A DNA stretch of 64,000 nucleotides from Torpedo marmorata (taxonomy: Eukaryota). The DNA lies in the NCBI GenBank assembly GCA_977017645.1, contig OZ360232.1:112468001-112532000 (forward strand), in the 5' to 3' direction. The translations under genes were made by a program, and so were the position numbers. Positions 37,145-50,229 of this stretch are shown in pieces. Each line of letters starts with the position of its first letter. Position 1 is the stretch's first letter. Under the pieces are notes generated by a model. The model was not told the DNA's origin and searched no databases. It worked only from the letters and a program-made list of their open reading frames with translations.

Positions 37145-39352
37145 CTTCAGGTCCAAATTGCCGTTTGGACCAGTCGGGGTCACCGCTGTAGCGCGTCGCT
37201 ACGGTTATACCTCTGGAGCTCTGGAAGAAGATGCTCACACACCGAGAGTTGTGTCGACACTGGTTTATTCGGCTATCTACTCTGCCTTTTATAGGCTGGC
37301 TGAGCCTGGCTGCCACGTCACTGGTGGGCGTGGCTTGCGATCCGTCGACCAGGATTGGTCGGGCCACGATCCACCGTCGGGGATTGGCTTGTTTCCCACC
37401 TGCTGTTGTGGCCTATGGAAACGGGCCGTTTGGATCACGTGCTGCCTGCGTGATCGTCGCGTTTGACCATTGCTTTGTGTGTCGGCCTACAGAGTACCAT
37501 AATTTTGTATTTCATTACTAAAGTGAACTACTTTCCCTTTACCTCTTATGAAAATGTTATAGCCTGACCTTAATTCAGCAAAAATAATGTTACGGCCATG
37601 ATTACATAATTACCGTTATCCTTTCAAATTATGGTCTATAGTTTTGAGGTTTTATTTCACATTTTTTAATCATTAATCCATTTATAACACTCACTGGTCT
37701 TTCAATTTTTCTTTCAATTGACAATGTTTTTGCCACCTTCTTTGTTTTATGGTTCTGCACTGTTCCTCTTTTTTCTCCTGTCTTCTTGCTCCATTCCTGT
37801 CCTCATGGGCCAATTTTGCATAATTTTGACTTTCGATAACCCTTTTTCATTCTCTTTTTACAAACCAATATGCAGCTCCATTGTACAGGTTTACTGGTAG
37901 CTATGGCTTCAGTGATCTAGACCCTATACCTCTCTATCCATCTCTTTGAGACACTCTTCCTCTGCTTCATTGTCACGAGAGGTCTGTCACAACCTTCCGA
38001 GTATCAGCGGTTCCAGGATTGATATTTGAGGCCTGGAAAATTGCTACTGTTACACTCTGTTCATTCTGTTTAGCGATGACAAATTTTTCTTGAAGGTTAA
38101 ACGTATGATGTACAAGATGTTTCCCAAAATAGTTCTGCAATATAACTTTTTAAATCAACTCCTTGAAATAGTTCTGTATTATATTTAATAACTACATTTA
38201 TCTGCAAAGGATATGACTGCTGTTCATTTAGATTTTATTTTAATGTAAAAATAGGTTTAATTAAAGATGGCTGAAAATGTCCAAACAGTCATAATGAGTG
38301 ATAACTTCCCTTCAATTAATTTTGGAGGAAATAAAAATATTCATTTAAATAAATTATTACAGGACAGGGTGTAGCACTCTTTGGATGGTCGTGATTTAGA
38401 GAATAAATCATAGAATCATTGGGAGCATTCAGGACTGAAACAGGCCCTTTTGCTTCTTCATCTTTGCTGCCTGTGCCTATCTATGCCAATCCCATTTGCC
38501 TGCATTATGTCCCTATCTCTCCACACCTTTCATATTCGAGTCCCTGTCCAAACACCTTTTCAACCGTCGTTTATACCTCCACAACCTCCTCTGGAAGCTT
38601 GTTTCAGATATTCACCATCCTTTCTGTGGATAAACATGGCCTTCAGGTTCTCCTCTCTCACCTTAGACCTATGCTGTAAAAACAGAATGCTGGAGAAACT
38701 CAGCAGAAACCAGCTGAGTTTTTACTTCAATCACGGTGTCTGCAGACTTTCGTGTTTTACTCTCAGACCTGTGTATCTCCTGCCTTGACAAAAGATTTTG
38801 ATTATCTGTCCTATCTATAGTGCCCTCCATAATGTTTGGAACAAATACACTTTTTTTCCTTTATTTATTTGCCCATGTGCTCCAGTTTTAAATTTGTAAT
38901 CAAACAATTCACATGTGATTAACGTGCACATTCCAGATTTTATTCAAAGTTATTTGTATACATTTTGGTTTGACCATGTAGAAATTACAGCACTTTTTAT
39001 ACATAGTCCCCTCATTTCAGGGCACCATAATATTTGGGACATAGCAATGGTATGTATATTAAAGTAGTCATGTTTAGTACTTTGTTGCATATCCCTTACA
39101 TGCAATGACTGCTTGAAATCTGTGATTCATAGACTTCACCAGGTGCTGAGTATCTTCTCTGGTGATGCTCTGCCAGGTCTCTACTGCAGCCATCTTCAGC
39201 TCCTGTTTGTTTCGGGGGCTTGTCCCCTTGTGTTTTCTCTTCAGCATATGGAAGGCATGCTCAATTGGATTTACATAGGGTGACTGACTTGGCCATTGAA
39301 GAATTTTCCAGTTTTTAGCTTTGGAAAAACTCCTTTATTGCTTTAGCAGTAT

Positions 39353-42300
39353 TTTATTTTTTTGAATATTTTATTTAAATTTTTTTATCCATACATGCAC
39401 AATTTGTATAATACATAACAAAATGTCAATTCATTATTATCACATTACTTATACACGATGGCTAAATCCCAACCCTTTCTCCCCTCTAACCAAAGCCCCA
39501 GAAAGGAAGAAAGAAAAGAAAAGAAAAGAAAAGAAATAAAAGGAAAGTATGAAGAAAGATAAAGTGACCTGGATGGTAAAAAAATCGCCACCTACATCAC
39601 GGTTTTAATTAGTTACTTTTTTTTTCTAATTCTCTTAAGGGGAGTTAACGAGGCACTTGGGGTGGAGAAAACTATAAGTTTATTCCTACAATTTGTAAAT
39701 ATGGGCGCCAAATTTTCAAAAATACATCAACTTCTACTGTGATGAAATGCTTTGAGAGGCTGGTCATGGCCAGAATTAACACATACCTAAGCAAAGATCT
39801 GGACCCACTGCAATTCGCCTATCGCCACAATCGCTCCACAGCAGATGCAATATCGCTGGCTCTCCACTCAGCTCTGGATCACCTCGAAAACAGAAATTCA
39901 TACATACGGCTGCTCTTCATCGACTACAGCTCGGCCTTCAATACCATTATTCCCTCAGTGCTGGTCAAGAAGCTACAAACTCTAGGCCTCTGTACCCCCC
40001 TCTGCAACTGGATCCTTGACTTTCTCATCGGAAGACCACAGTCAGTACGAATTGGAAACAATGTCTCCTCCTCACTGATTATCAACACAGGCGCACCCCA
40101 AGGATGCGTGCTTAGTCCACTGCTCTACTTGTTATACACCCATGACTGTGTGGCCAGGCACAATTCCAATGCCATATACAAGTTTGCCGATGACACCACA
40201 GTTGTCGGCAGAATCACAAACGGCAATGAGGAAGCGTACAGGAGGGAGATAGATCAGCTCGTTGAATGGTGTAATGACAACAACCTTGCGCTCAACGTCA
40301 GCAAAACCAAGGAGATGATTGTGGACTTCAGGAGGAATTCAGGGGAACACGACCCAGTCCTCATCGAGGGCTCAGTAGTGGAGAGGGTCAAGAACTTCAA
40401 ATTCCTGGGTGTCAACATCTCCGAGGATCTGTCCTGGAGCCTCCACGTTGATGCAATCACAAAGAAGGCTCGTCAGCGGCTATACTTTGTGAGGTGTCTG
40501 CGGAGATTCAGTTTGTCACCGAAGACTCTCGTAAACTTCTACAGGTGTACAGTGGAGAGCATTCTGGCTGGTTGCATCACTGCCTGGTATGGAGGCGCCA
40601 ACTCCCAGGACAAGAGTAAACTCCAGAGGGTTGTTAACTCGGCCTGTGACATCACAGGCACCAAACTTCACTCCATTGAGGACATCTACATGAGGCGGTG
40701 TCTTAAAAAGAAGGCTCTATCCTCAAAGACCCCCACCACCCAGGCCATGCCCTCTTCACTCTGCTTCCATCGGGAAAAAGGTACAAGAGCCTAAAGACGA
40801 GCACTCAACGGCACAAGGACAGCTTCTTCCCCGCTGCCATCAGATTCCTGAATAATCAATGAACCAAAGACACTGCCTTACTTTTCGTGCACTATTGTTT
40901 ATAATTTTTTATAGTAATGTCGTAAGATGGTTAATATGAATGTTAATTGCACTATGATGCTGCCGCAAAACACCGAATTTCATGACTTGTTCATGACAGT
41001 AAATTCTGATTCTGATATATGTTTCCTAAATTGTAAGTAATCTTCTCAAGTGGGATACAACTATGCATTTCTGTATTCCACCGCTCCATACCCAAATGAG
41101 AGTCTGATTTCCAAGTTACTGCTATACATTTTTTGCTACTGCTAATGCAATTTTTAAGAATTCTTTTTGATGTATATTTAATTTCAATTTGGGTCTTATC
41201 CCCTCAATATTACCTAATAAAAACAACATTGGATCTTGTGGAAATGTAGTTCCCATAATCTGCTCTAAAAAGGTTTTTAAGTCTATCCAAAAAGATCTTA
41301 CTTTAGGCCAAGACCAGGTTGAATGTAGGAAAGTTCCTATTTCCTGATTACATCTAAAACATTGATCTGATAAGTCTGATTTTAACCTTTTCAGTTTCTG
41401 TGGTGTAATATATAATTGGTGTAAGAAATTATATTGAACCAATCTATACCTAACATTTAATGTATTTGTCATACTATCTCGACATAACTCCGACCAACTT
41501 TGTTCATCAATATTAATATTCAAATCCATCTTCCATCTTTGTCTAGATCTATGAATCCCTTTTTTAAAAGTTCCTTTTTGTAGTAAGGTATACATAGCTG
41601 AGGTAAATTTCTTTATACGTCTATTCCGAATCAAAATTTCAATATCACTAGGTTTCGGCAATAACATTGTTGGGCCTAATTTGTCTCTTAAATATGCTTT
41701 TAACTGATAGTAACAAAAAAAGTGTATTATTTTGTATTCCATATTTATTTCTTAATTGTTCAAATGACATTAATTTATCCCCTTCATAACAATCTTCTAT
41801 ATATTTAATTCCTTTACGAGACCATATATTTAATAGTTGATTATCCATTGTAAAAGGAATAAGTCGATTTTGAATTAGACATTTTTGATAATAGAGATCC
41901 CCTCATTTCATCATCAATATTTATCTTATTCCACATATTAATCAAATGTTTCAACAGAAGGGTTTCTCTCTCACCCGTTATTAATGTAGATTCCCATTTA
42001 TATATAAAATCTTCAAGTATTTTTTCTCCTATCTTATCTAATTCTATTTTAATCCATGCCGACTTCTTTCCTTCAAAGAAAGATGCTATAAATCTCGTTT
42101 GTGCTGCTTTATAATAATTTTTGAAATTTGGAAGTTGTAAACCTCCCAACTCATATTTCCATGTTAATTTTTCTAAAGAAACCCTCGACATCTTACCCTT
42201 CCAAAGAAATTCCATTATAAATTTATTTAGTTCTTGAAAAAATTTTTGTGGTAATAATATCGGTAGTGTTTGAAACAAATATTGTACTCTAGGAAATATA

Positions 42301-43062
42301 TTCATTTTAACACAGTTAACTCTACCCAGCAAAGTTATTGGTAATGTCATCCATTTATTAAGATCTTCTCCAATTTTCTTCAATAAAGGTAAATAATTCA
42401 ATTTATATAATTTTTTTAAAATGATTATCTACTCATATACCTAAATACTTTATACCATTCGTTGGCCATTTAAATTGAGTTTCTCTTTGACACTGAGTAT
42501 AATCTCCTATAGTAAGAGGCATAATTTCACTCTTATCCCAATTTATTTTATAACCCGACACTTTCCCATATTCTTCGAGTCTTAAATATAATTTACGTAA
42601 TGAACTTATTGGTTCTGTCAAATAAATTAAAACATCATCAGCAAATAAATTAATTTTATATTCTTCTCGATTAACTTTAAATCCTTTAATCTCTGGATCT
42701 GACCGTATCAGTTCTGCAAGTGGTTCTATTGATAAAATGAATAAGGCTGGTGACAATGGACATCCTTGTCTACTCGATCTTGTTAATGGAAATGGTGCAG
42801 AGACCTGTCCATTTGTTACCACTTTGGCCCTCGGCTCATTGTACAAAGCTTTAATCTAATTTACAAATATCTGTCCCATCCCATATTTTTCCAATACCTT
42901 AAATAAAAAAATCCCATTCTAATCTATCAAACGCCTTTTCGGCATCCAAAGCCACTGTTACACTTAAATCTTCCCTTTTCTGTGCTAAATGTATTATACT
43001 AAGTAATCTAGTTACATTATCTGCAGATTGTCTTTTTTTTTTTTACAAATCCTGTTTGATCC
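39353..43062 (-). mobile_element. 5'-truncated L1-clade LINE
   Basis: RT motifs SRQGCPLSP, LFADD, IKYLGI; GGLQLP; CFRC...HSTW zinc knuckle. TSD ATTGCTTTAGCAGTAT at 39337-39352 and 43063-43078. Confidence 0.93.
39729..41016 (+). mobile_element. 5'-truncated Rex1/Babar LINE (RT domain) inside the L1
   Basis: 351-aa ORF 39739-40794 with [28 protein letters not shown]; (ATTCTG)n tail. Confidence 0.95.
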
Positions 43063-43420
43063 ATTGCTTTAGCAGTATGTTTGGGATCATTGTCTTGCTG
43101 TAGGATGAAGCGCCATCCAATGAGTTTTGAGGCATTTGCTCGAACTTGAGCAGATAAGATGTTTCTATACATCAGAATTCATTTTGCTACTGCCATCAGC
43201 AGTTACATCATCAATGAAGAAAAGTGCACCAATACCTGTGGCAGCCATACATGGCCCAGGCCTGTATGTATGTCTAAATTTAAAAATTTAAACCTTGAAT
43301 AAAATCTGGAATGTGCACTTTAATCACATGTGAATTGTTTGATTACAAATTTAAAACTGTGGAGCACAGGGGCAAATAAAGGAAAAAGTGTCTTTCTACC
43401 AAACATTATGGAGGGCACTG

Positions 43421-43690
43421 TATGTCCTTCATAATTTTATAAACTACTACAAGGTCACTCAGCTCTGACATTCCAATAAGAATACAAGTAGCCTGTCCAA
43501 TATCCCCTTGTAACTGCAGCCATCCATTCCAGGCAACATCCTGGTGAACCTCTTCTGCACTTTGTCTATTGCTATCACATCCTTCCTGCTTTGTGATGAC
43601 CAAAACTTCATGCAATATTTCAAATGCAGTCTAACCAATACAATTGCAAAATGATGCCCCAACTCTTGTACTCATTGCTGCAGCCTATCA
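43421..43690 (-). mobile_element. CR1 fragment (host of the Tc1; continues at about 38410-38817)
   Basis: LVRLHLKYCMKFWS...KVQKRFTRMLPG. CCTATCTA / TGTCCTTCATAATTT rejoins across the Tc1. Confidence 0.8.
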
Positions 43691-43809
43691 GGACAAGCAT
43701 ATCAAATGGCTTGTGTGCCTTGAGTGTTTGTCTAAACATTCTGAAACTTCCAAGGTGGCATGGACTCAGTGCTGGCATCTGTCCCTTTGTGGAATTGGTA
43801 AGCCCATTA

Positions 43810-44562
43810 TTTGGATTTTCAAAAGGCCTTTGATAAGGTGCCGCATAAGAGGCTCTTAATAAGATGAGAGCCCATGGAATTACAGGAAAGATATTAGATT
43901 GGGTGGAGCATTGGCTGATAGGCAGGAAGCAAAGGGTGGGAATAAAGGGATCCTGTTCTGGTTGGTTGCCGGTTACTAGTGGTGTTCTGCAAGGGTCGGT
44001 GTTGGGGCCGCTTCTTTTTACAATGTGTATTGATGATTTAGATTATGGATTGAATGGTTTTGTGGCTAAGTTTGCAGATGACACCAAGATAGGTGGTTCC
44101 TGGAATGCAAGGGCTAGCATATGAGGAATGTTTAGCGGCTCTTGGACTGTATTCATTGGAGTATAGAAGAATGAGAGGGGATCTCATAGAAATATTTCGA
44201 ATACTGGAAGGATTGGACAGAGTAGATGGAAATGAGATGTTTCCCTTGGTGGGTGAATCCAGGACAAGAGGGCACAGTCTTAGAATTAGAAGTTACCCAT
44301 TTAGAACAGAGATGAGGAGGAATTTCTTTAGCCAGAGGGTCGTGGATTTGTGGAATTCGTTACCACATACAGCTGTGGAGGCCCGATCATTGGGGGATTT
44401 TAAGGGGGAGATTGATAGGTATCTGATTGGTCAGGGTATCAAGGGATATGGGGAAAAGGCCGGAAATTGGAATTAGATGTGAGAACAGTTTAACTCAGGG
44501 TGGAGTTGCGGAGAAGACTCGATGGGCCGAATGGCCTACTTCTTTTCCTTTATCTTGTGATC
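43810..44562 (+). mobile_element. CR1 LINE fragment with internal deletion
   Basis: RKQRVGI...SGVLQGSVLGP...FADDTKIGG joined directly to PGMQGLAYEE...RGDLIE...WNSLP. Confidence 0.88.
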
Positions 44563-44837
44563 TACATGAGACTGAGCCTTGAACACCATTTGTTTACCTT
44601 GGAACGCTGAGCTGCAGGTATCAGCTGGGGCATCCCAAGGCAGAATATGACTGATAACCATTTGATTTTCATGAGACATCTGTGACTTTGGGTCAGTTTC
44701 TGGGCAGTTGGAATATTCAGGCAAATTTCAGGTCAGATGGAAGGTGGAAGAATCATGAAGGTGGAGAAGAAGTACAGTGATGAGATGTGAAGAAGTAATA
44801 AAGAGATTTGGAAGCAGAGCTTGGGAAGGGGAAGGTT

Positions 44838-45058
44838 CCTAAAGACGAGCACTCAACGGCACAAGGTCAGCTTCTTCCCCGCTGCCATCAGATTCCTGAA
44901 CAATCAATGAACCAAAGACACTAGTGCACTATTGTTTATAATTTTATATAGTAATGTCGTTAGAATGGTTAATATGAATGTTAATTGCACTATGATGCTG
45001 CCGCAAAGCACCGAATTTCATGACTTGTTCATGACAATAAATTCTGATTCTGATTCTG
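44838..45058 (+). mobile_element. Rex1/Babar 3' tail (same family as 39729-41016)
   Basis: Near-identical 3' sequence and (ATTCTG)n tail. Confidence 0.88.
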
Positions 45059-45304
45059 AGAATTATGAAATAATTTGTACCTATTGTGCTTCAAATTTTG
45101 ATTATGTATCTTTATCTTTGCTATATAAAGTACACTGGTGGACCAGCAGACTTCTGTGTTTTACTACTTGTATTTTCCCCAATCTGTAACCAGGCCCACA
45201 TATGGATTAGCAATCTTCAGATATTTCACCCTGAGAATTGGATTGGAGAAGTTTCATTTTCACCCAGTTTTATGCATAAATAAGGCATAATCCTTGGTTT
45301 GGGT

Positions 45305-46506
45305 CATGTTTCTTGGAGTGCACTTGGCAGAGAATCTCACCTGGTCCCTCAACACCAGTTCCGTAGCCAAGAAAGCTCAGCAGCGCCTTCACTTCCTGCG
45401 AAGGCTGAGGAAAGTTCATCTTCCACCCTCTATCATTACTACATTCTACAGGGGATGTATTGAGAGTATTCTGAGCAATTGCATCACCGCTTGGTTTGGA
45501 AACTGTACCATCTCAGACCGAAAGACCCTGCAGAGGATAGTGGGGTCAGCGGAGAAAATTATTGGAGTCTCTCTTCCCACCATGACGGACATCTACAACA
45601 CATGATGCATGAGGAAGGCTAATAACATTGTGAAGGACTTCTCACACCCTTTTGGTAAACTTTTTTCCCTTTTGCTATCTGGAAGGAGGTACTGAAGCAT
45701 TCGGGCTCGTACGTCCAGACTGTGCAACAGTTTTTTTCCCCCAAGCCATCAGGCTCCTCAATTTTTATATATATATAGTTTTTTTTTATTGTATTATGAT
45801 ATTTATGTACGTTTGCTCATGGTCGTGGAGAAACGCTATCTCGTCTTACGGTGTATATGACTTCAATCCAATAATAGTCACTTGGAGGCGAGGTGAGATA
45901 CTTGTCTTTGACTTATTTCAATTAATTTACTAACAAAGTCCGATATGTTCAAAAAACTTTATTTACACACGTGACTTGCAGCAATCTTCAATGACTTAAA
46001 TATCTTCTTTAAACGAAATAAAAAGTTCTTGATAACGATGTTTAATGAGTTCCTTTAAACGATTCCTTTGACTGTATTTAGATGTTCAATTAAATGACTT
46101 TAAATGAATTTAAACCATAATGAAACGAGTTTAAATGTTCAATGAAACACTCAATGAAACGGTCAATAAAAGATATGGAGATCTCACTCACCCTCCCCTA
46201 AGCCGCCATCTTTTTCCAATACCTTTTCCCGATTCGCGCTTGCTCAATGCGCCTATTCCACCGCGCAAACTCCACCGCGCACACTCCACCGCGTACACTG
46301 CCGTCAATTCCCAACTGCTCATGCACCCGTCGGCACTCTAGCGCATGCGCAGAGTACTAAATAGGCCTAGCATGGCCTACAAACACCGCGACTCCTCCGT
46401 AACCCGCCGAGAACATCGGAGCGCCGCAACCAAGGTAAGTAATCAAGCTTACGGCTCTTACACTGTGTATATGGTAATGAACGACAAATAAAGGTGACTT
46501 GACTTG
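45305..46506 (+). mobile_element. Rex1/Babar 3' fragment with an LTR-like insert in its 3'UTR
   Basis: FLGVHLAENLTW...KKAQQRLHFLRRL; AATAAA and (TGACT)n tail at about 46486-46506. Confidence 0.82.
45852..46462 (-). mobile_element. Probable solo LTR (about 610 bp), CpG-rich
   Basis: TGTA...TACA termini, minus-strand AATAAA, interrupts the Rex1 3'UTR. TSD is ambiguous. Confidence 0.6.
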
Positions 46507-47317
46507 TTTGGCAATGTTTGCATACATTTCATGTTGAAGTGGGTTTCATTGCGAAGTTGGACTAGGCATTTCCTGTCAGTATACAGCCCACAGTGATGTA
46601 CTTTTCTGTTTGTGTTTCATTAACCCAATTTTGCGATAAATGTGTGCAGCATGTGTTATTTCCTTAACAGCTGAAAATGGATCAAACATTTGTGATTTAT
46701 GACCTGCACACAGTTTGATGTGAGATGAATTAAAAAGTTTCTTACAAGATCCTTGTATTCACTAAAAGTCATCTTCTGTAATTTTCATTTCAATAAATCT
46801 TTGCCGACAGCAGTCTGTACAGATAGACTCTGTAAAATGCCACTGCAATTAGCAGATGCCTTGAACTGTGCCCCAATCTTAGCTGGGGCTCGGGGCACCT
46901 GTAGTCAGGCAGCACGATTGGCCCTGCTCCACGCTTGGGTTAATTCCCCCGAACCAACCCATGTGTCACTATTTACCTGTTCCCCACCCCCAAATTACAT
47001 GGTTTTTTTCAACCCTCCTCATTTGACTACATCTCTATGATAGCCTGAGCCTAGTATGGCGAGACCTCTTTAACAGTGCTGCTCCATTTTCCACATCTGC
47101 TAATATTTCTCACCATGTAGACTACAAATTGTGTGTGCAGAATGCGTGGATCAAGTTTTATAATTTTCTGGAATAGAGCGAGTCACCATGAAACAAGAAT
47201 GTCCTGGTTCTGAGATTTTCTTTAGTGATTTTTTTATTTGGGATTGGGACCAAACTTGGGTTTCAATTAATGCACCAGAAATGAATGAAATCCAATTTCT
47301 TGACTGTACAGTACAAT

Positions 47318-48300
47318 AAAAAATGGCGGTGCTGCCGGTGCACCTGTAACGGCAGTGCTGGTGCAGGGGAGCGGGGAGTGGAGACACAGTATTACTCTGC
47401 GCCGTCCAACCGCCCAGTCCGGCTCCATACAGGCTTTAAATGGCCCGTTAAAGGAGCGGGCGGTGGTTTATTTTAAAATCCTGTGACTGCGAGGTCTGGG
47501 CCCAAGATGGCGGCGCCTGTGTCCAGCAGCGGCCTTGAGGGGTTGCAGACTCTGGGGTAACATAGGACTGGTGCAGGGCACCAGAAAACAGGGAGAACAC
47601 CTTCCGTTTGAGGAGGAGAAGCAGAGGAGATGACCCACGGGACGGTGACCATGGCGGCGGACCAGTGAGGGGCTCTGAGGTTGAAGAACACACAGGCGGC
47701 GAGGTGATGGTGACTCGAGGCAAGGAAATGATGCAGGCTATGGGCTGCTGGAGACTGCTGTCAAGGGACTTATACCAGGCTGCGGACTGCTGGAGACTGG
47801 CTCGAGATGGCTGAAGGGGTACAAGGTTAGCGTAGTGGTTAGCGCAATGCTGATACAACGGCAGCGATTGGGACCGGGTTTGAATCCCGCGCTGTCTGTA
47901 AGGAGTTGGTATGTTCTCCCCGTATCTGCCTGGGTTTTCCCTAGGGGCTCTGGTTTCCTCCCACCGTTCGAAATGTATCGGGATTTGTAGGTTAGTTGGG
48001 TGCAATTGGGCGGCACGGGCTCGTGGGACGAAATGGCCTGTTACTGTCTAAATTTAAATTTATCGTGTCAGAGGTTTGGATCTGGAGCTCGGGTTGCCGA
48101 TGGTTTGAGTAGCTGTGGAGGCAGCGGGACCACTGGAGGCGAATGGGGGCACTCTCCTTTGCTTCTCTTTCTCTGACTGTAAGGGGCGCCGGGCAATTTC
48201 TGCCGATGGCGAATCTTTGTCTGCCTTACGGTAGACTAAAGGAAATTTTGTGTAAGATTACATTTTCTGTTTTATTACACAAAATAAAAGAATCTTGAAT
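47318..48300 (+). mobile_element. Putative non-autonomous retroelement (GC-rich head, Rex1-like tail), interrupted by a SINE
   Basis: CpG-rich head with AAGATGGCGG; ends AATAAAAGAATCTTGAAT; no coding similarity seen. Confidence 0.45.
47816..48061 (+). mobile_element. V-SINE (HE1-like)
   Basis: Same family: A/B boxes and V-domain. Confidence 0.85.
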
Positions 48301-48889
48301 TGGTCTTATTACTAAGAAATGTATTTTAAAATTGTAAGAAAGCACATACAAATTTAACAAAGTATAAGAATGGCAGAACAACAGGTACAACAAGGGGTAT
48401 CGGTTAACGAGTTTTTGATGAGCAAAACTTTCATAGTTCTGCTCCTCATCACATTTGTGGTCATTTGCACTGATGCAAAATAATACGCAGATGTTGAAAG
48501 TGGTTTTGTATTGGAAGAGGAAATAAACTTGAACATTGTTCAGCTTGGAAAGGCAAATTCAGCTGGCCTTTCATCCTCTTTCAGTTGTGATATAAAAGCA
48601 CCCTTTTATTTCATAATCCTTTTGTGTTCAGATAATCTAAACAAAACTTGCAAGTAAAGGGATCACCTGATGGGATCAAAGAAATGAGCAAGGTACAAAG
48701 TGTAAGATAAATCTGCACAAAGACATGATGCAAGGGAAAAAACAGTCGGGATCAGGAACAGGTGTGGGAGCAGGGAAATAATCAGGAACCATTTGTATTT
48801 GAAGTGACAAAATGGATTGAGTGAGAATTGAAGCAGGAGTTCGTTCAGACAGGTTGCAAACAGCAGCATGATTTTTTTTGTATGTTAAT

Positions 48890-49270
48890 AGTATTGTTAG
48901 AATATTCATATTTATGTAGTGTCTTTGTCAAAAAGGCATTTGTGGGTACATGATAGAGCAAAACGTGACTGAAAGATGTGGATAAATGTTTAAAGTATTG
49001 TTCAAGTAGTAGGTTTAAAGGAGGAATGAAAGGTTTAATGAGGGCATTTCAGAGATTATGGCCCAGCAGGTAAAGAGCAGAGACTCGAGGAGCTATTGGA
49101 CTTGAGGATGATCAAGAGATCAGAGTTGGAGGAGCACAAATATTTTGGATAGATGTAAGGTGGGAGGAGATATCGAGGTTGGGGGAGGGGCTGGGGGAGA
49201 GGGTTTGCAGAGGGAATTGAGGGGAAGTGTGGAAGTTTTAATACGGAGTCACTGCTCACGCAGGAGCAGA
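48890..49270 (-). mobile_element. Old L2-like LINE 3' fragment
   Basis: PRYLLPPY...LCSSNSDLLII resembles the L2 C-terminal PRxLRSS motif. Confidence 0.45.
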
Positions 49271-50229
49271 TAAAGGCTAGTTATCAAACCATGGGATGGT
49301 GAGATCAGAGCGTGCATGATAGAGTTTACATGCCTCTTTAATAACACATACTAGCTTTACTTGGAAGCTGGAAAGAAACGTATGAAGCAAAGAACTTGAA
49401 TGCTTTCTATGGATGCTGCAGGACCTGCTGAGTTTTTCCAACAATTTTGTGTTTTGAACTTGAAAGCTGAATTGGATACCCATCAAAATGATGTTAGGTA
49501 TTAGATTTTACAGATACCACATGCATTTTTTAACCTGCTGCAGGCAGTTTGCAGAGTTCATAATGCTTCATCAAATGTCCATTATGTGGCTGATTGGCAG
49601 GCATGCACTGTGAGCACATTGTGAGTGGCTAACACTGTTCAAAGCCAGCCTGCAGGGAAGTTCTGGAAAAATTTTGGTTCGGGAGACATTCAGAGATCCC
49701 ACAGCAAGGGAGGAAATAGTTTGGCAATTTTTTGACTCTGCAGGGTAGAAATTGGGTAGAAATTCACAGGGGGCAAGGAAACATTATGACCAAATAGTCT
49801 GAAGGCGGTGATACAAGTCAATGGCAGGAGTGCCAGGCCTGTGTACAACGCCAAAGAAACTCACAGATATGGTCCATGAATGCATCGTGAAATGCAAATC
49901 TCTATCTGACTGCACTAGATATTGCTGTATATTTCTCATTTCTATCTGGCAACTGTTTAAAAAAAAATCTGCTGCAGACACCCAATTGAAACCTCGCTAT
50001 TGATGGTTGATGTGCATAAACCACTAAGTACTTGTTGCATTGGCGAGATCGCAGAAAGCGTGTGTGCTGTCAAGGAGTGGAGAGAAGTGCAGCATCAACT
50101 TTGTGCAGCAATGGTAGCCCATTCTTTCCAGCTTGGAATTGGTGGCCAGTCCTTCAGCATGAGGATGCAACTATGATATATCATTCAATGGTCAGTATTT
50201 CAACTTCCGCAAACTGAAGCTTGGTACTA

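Larger units (their letters stand above)
33107..37496 (-). mobile_element. Full-length, defective CsRn1-like Ty3/Gypsy LTR retrotransposon (second family)
   Basis: LTRs at 37187-37496 (5') and 33107-33442 (3'). GTAC flanks both sides. PBS (C)GGTGACCCCGAC at 37173-37185 and G-run PPT at about 33443-33460. Carries gag with Cx2Hx9Cx3C, PR DTG, RT YLDD, RH and IN. Confidence 0.96.
38818..43420 (-). mobile_element. Tc1/mariner DNA transposon remnant, interrupted by an L1
   Basis: TIRs (C/T)AGTGCCCTCCATAATGTTTGG and CCAAACATTATGGAGGGCACTG, matching over about 130 bp, with TA on both sides. Transposase motifs QQDNDPKHT (about 43075-43100) and WPSQSPYVNPIEH (about 39255-39295). Confidence 0.92.

Noticed and set aside
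33199-37521. Many antisense and overlapping ORFs in the Gypsy elements
   Set aside because: They are shadow frames of GC-rich gag/pol and LTR sequence with no independent motifs.
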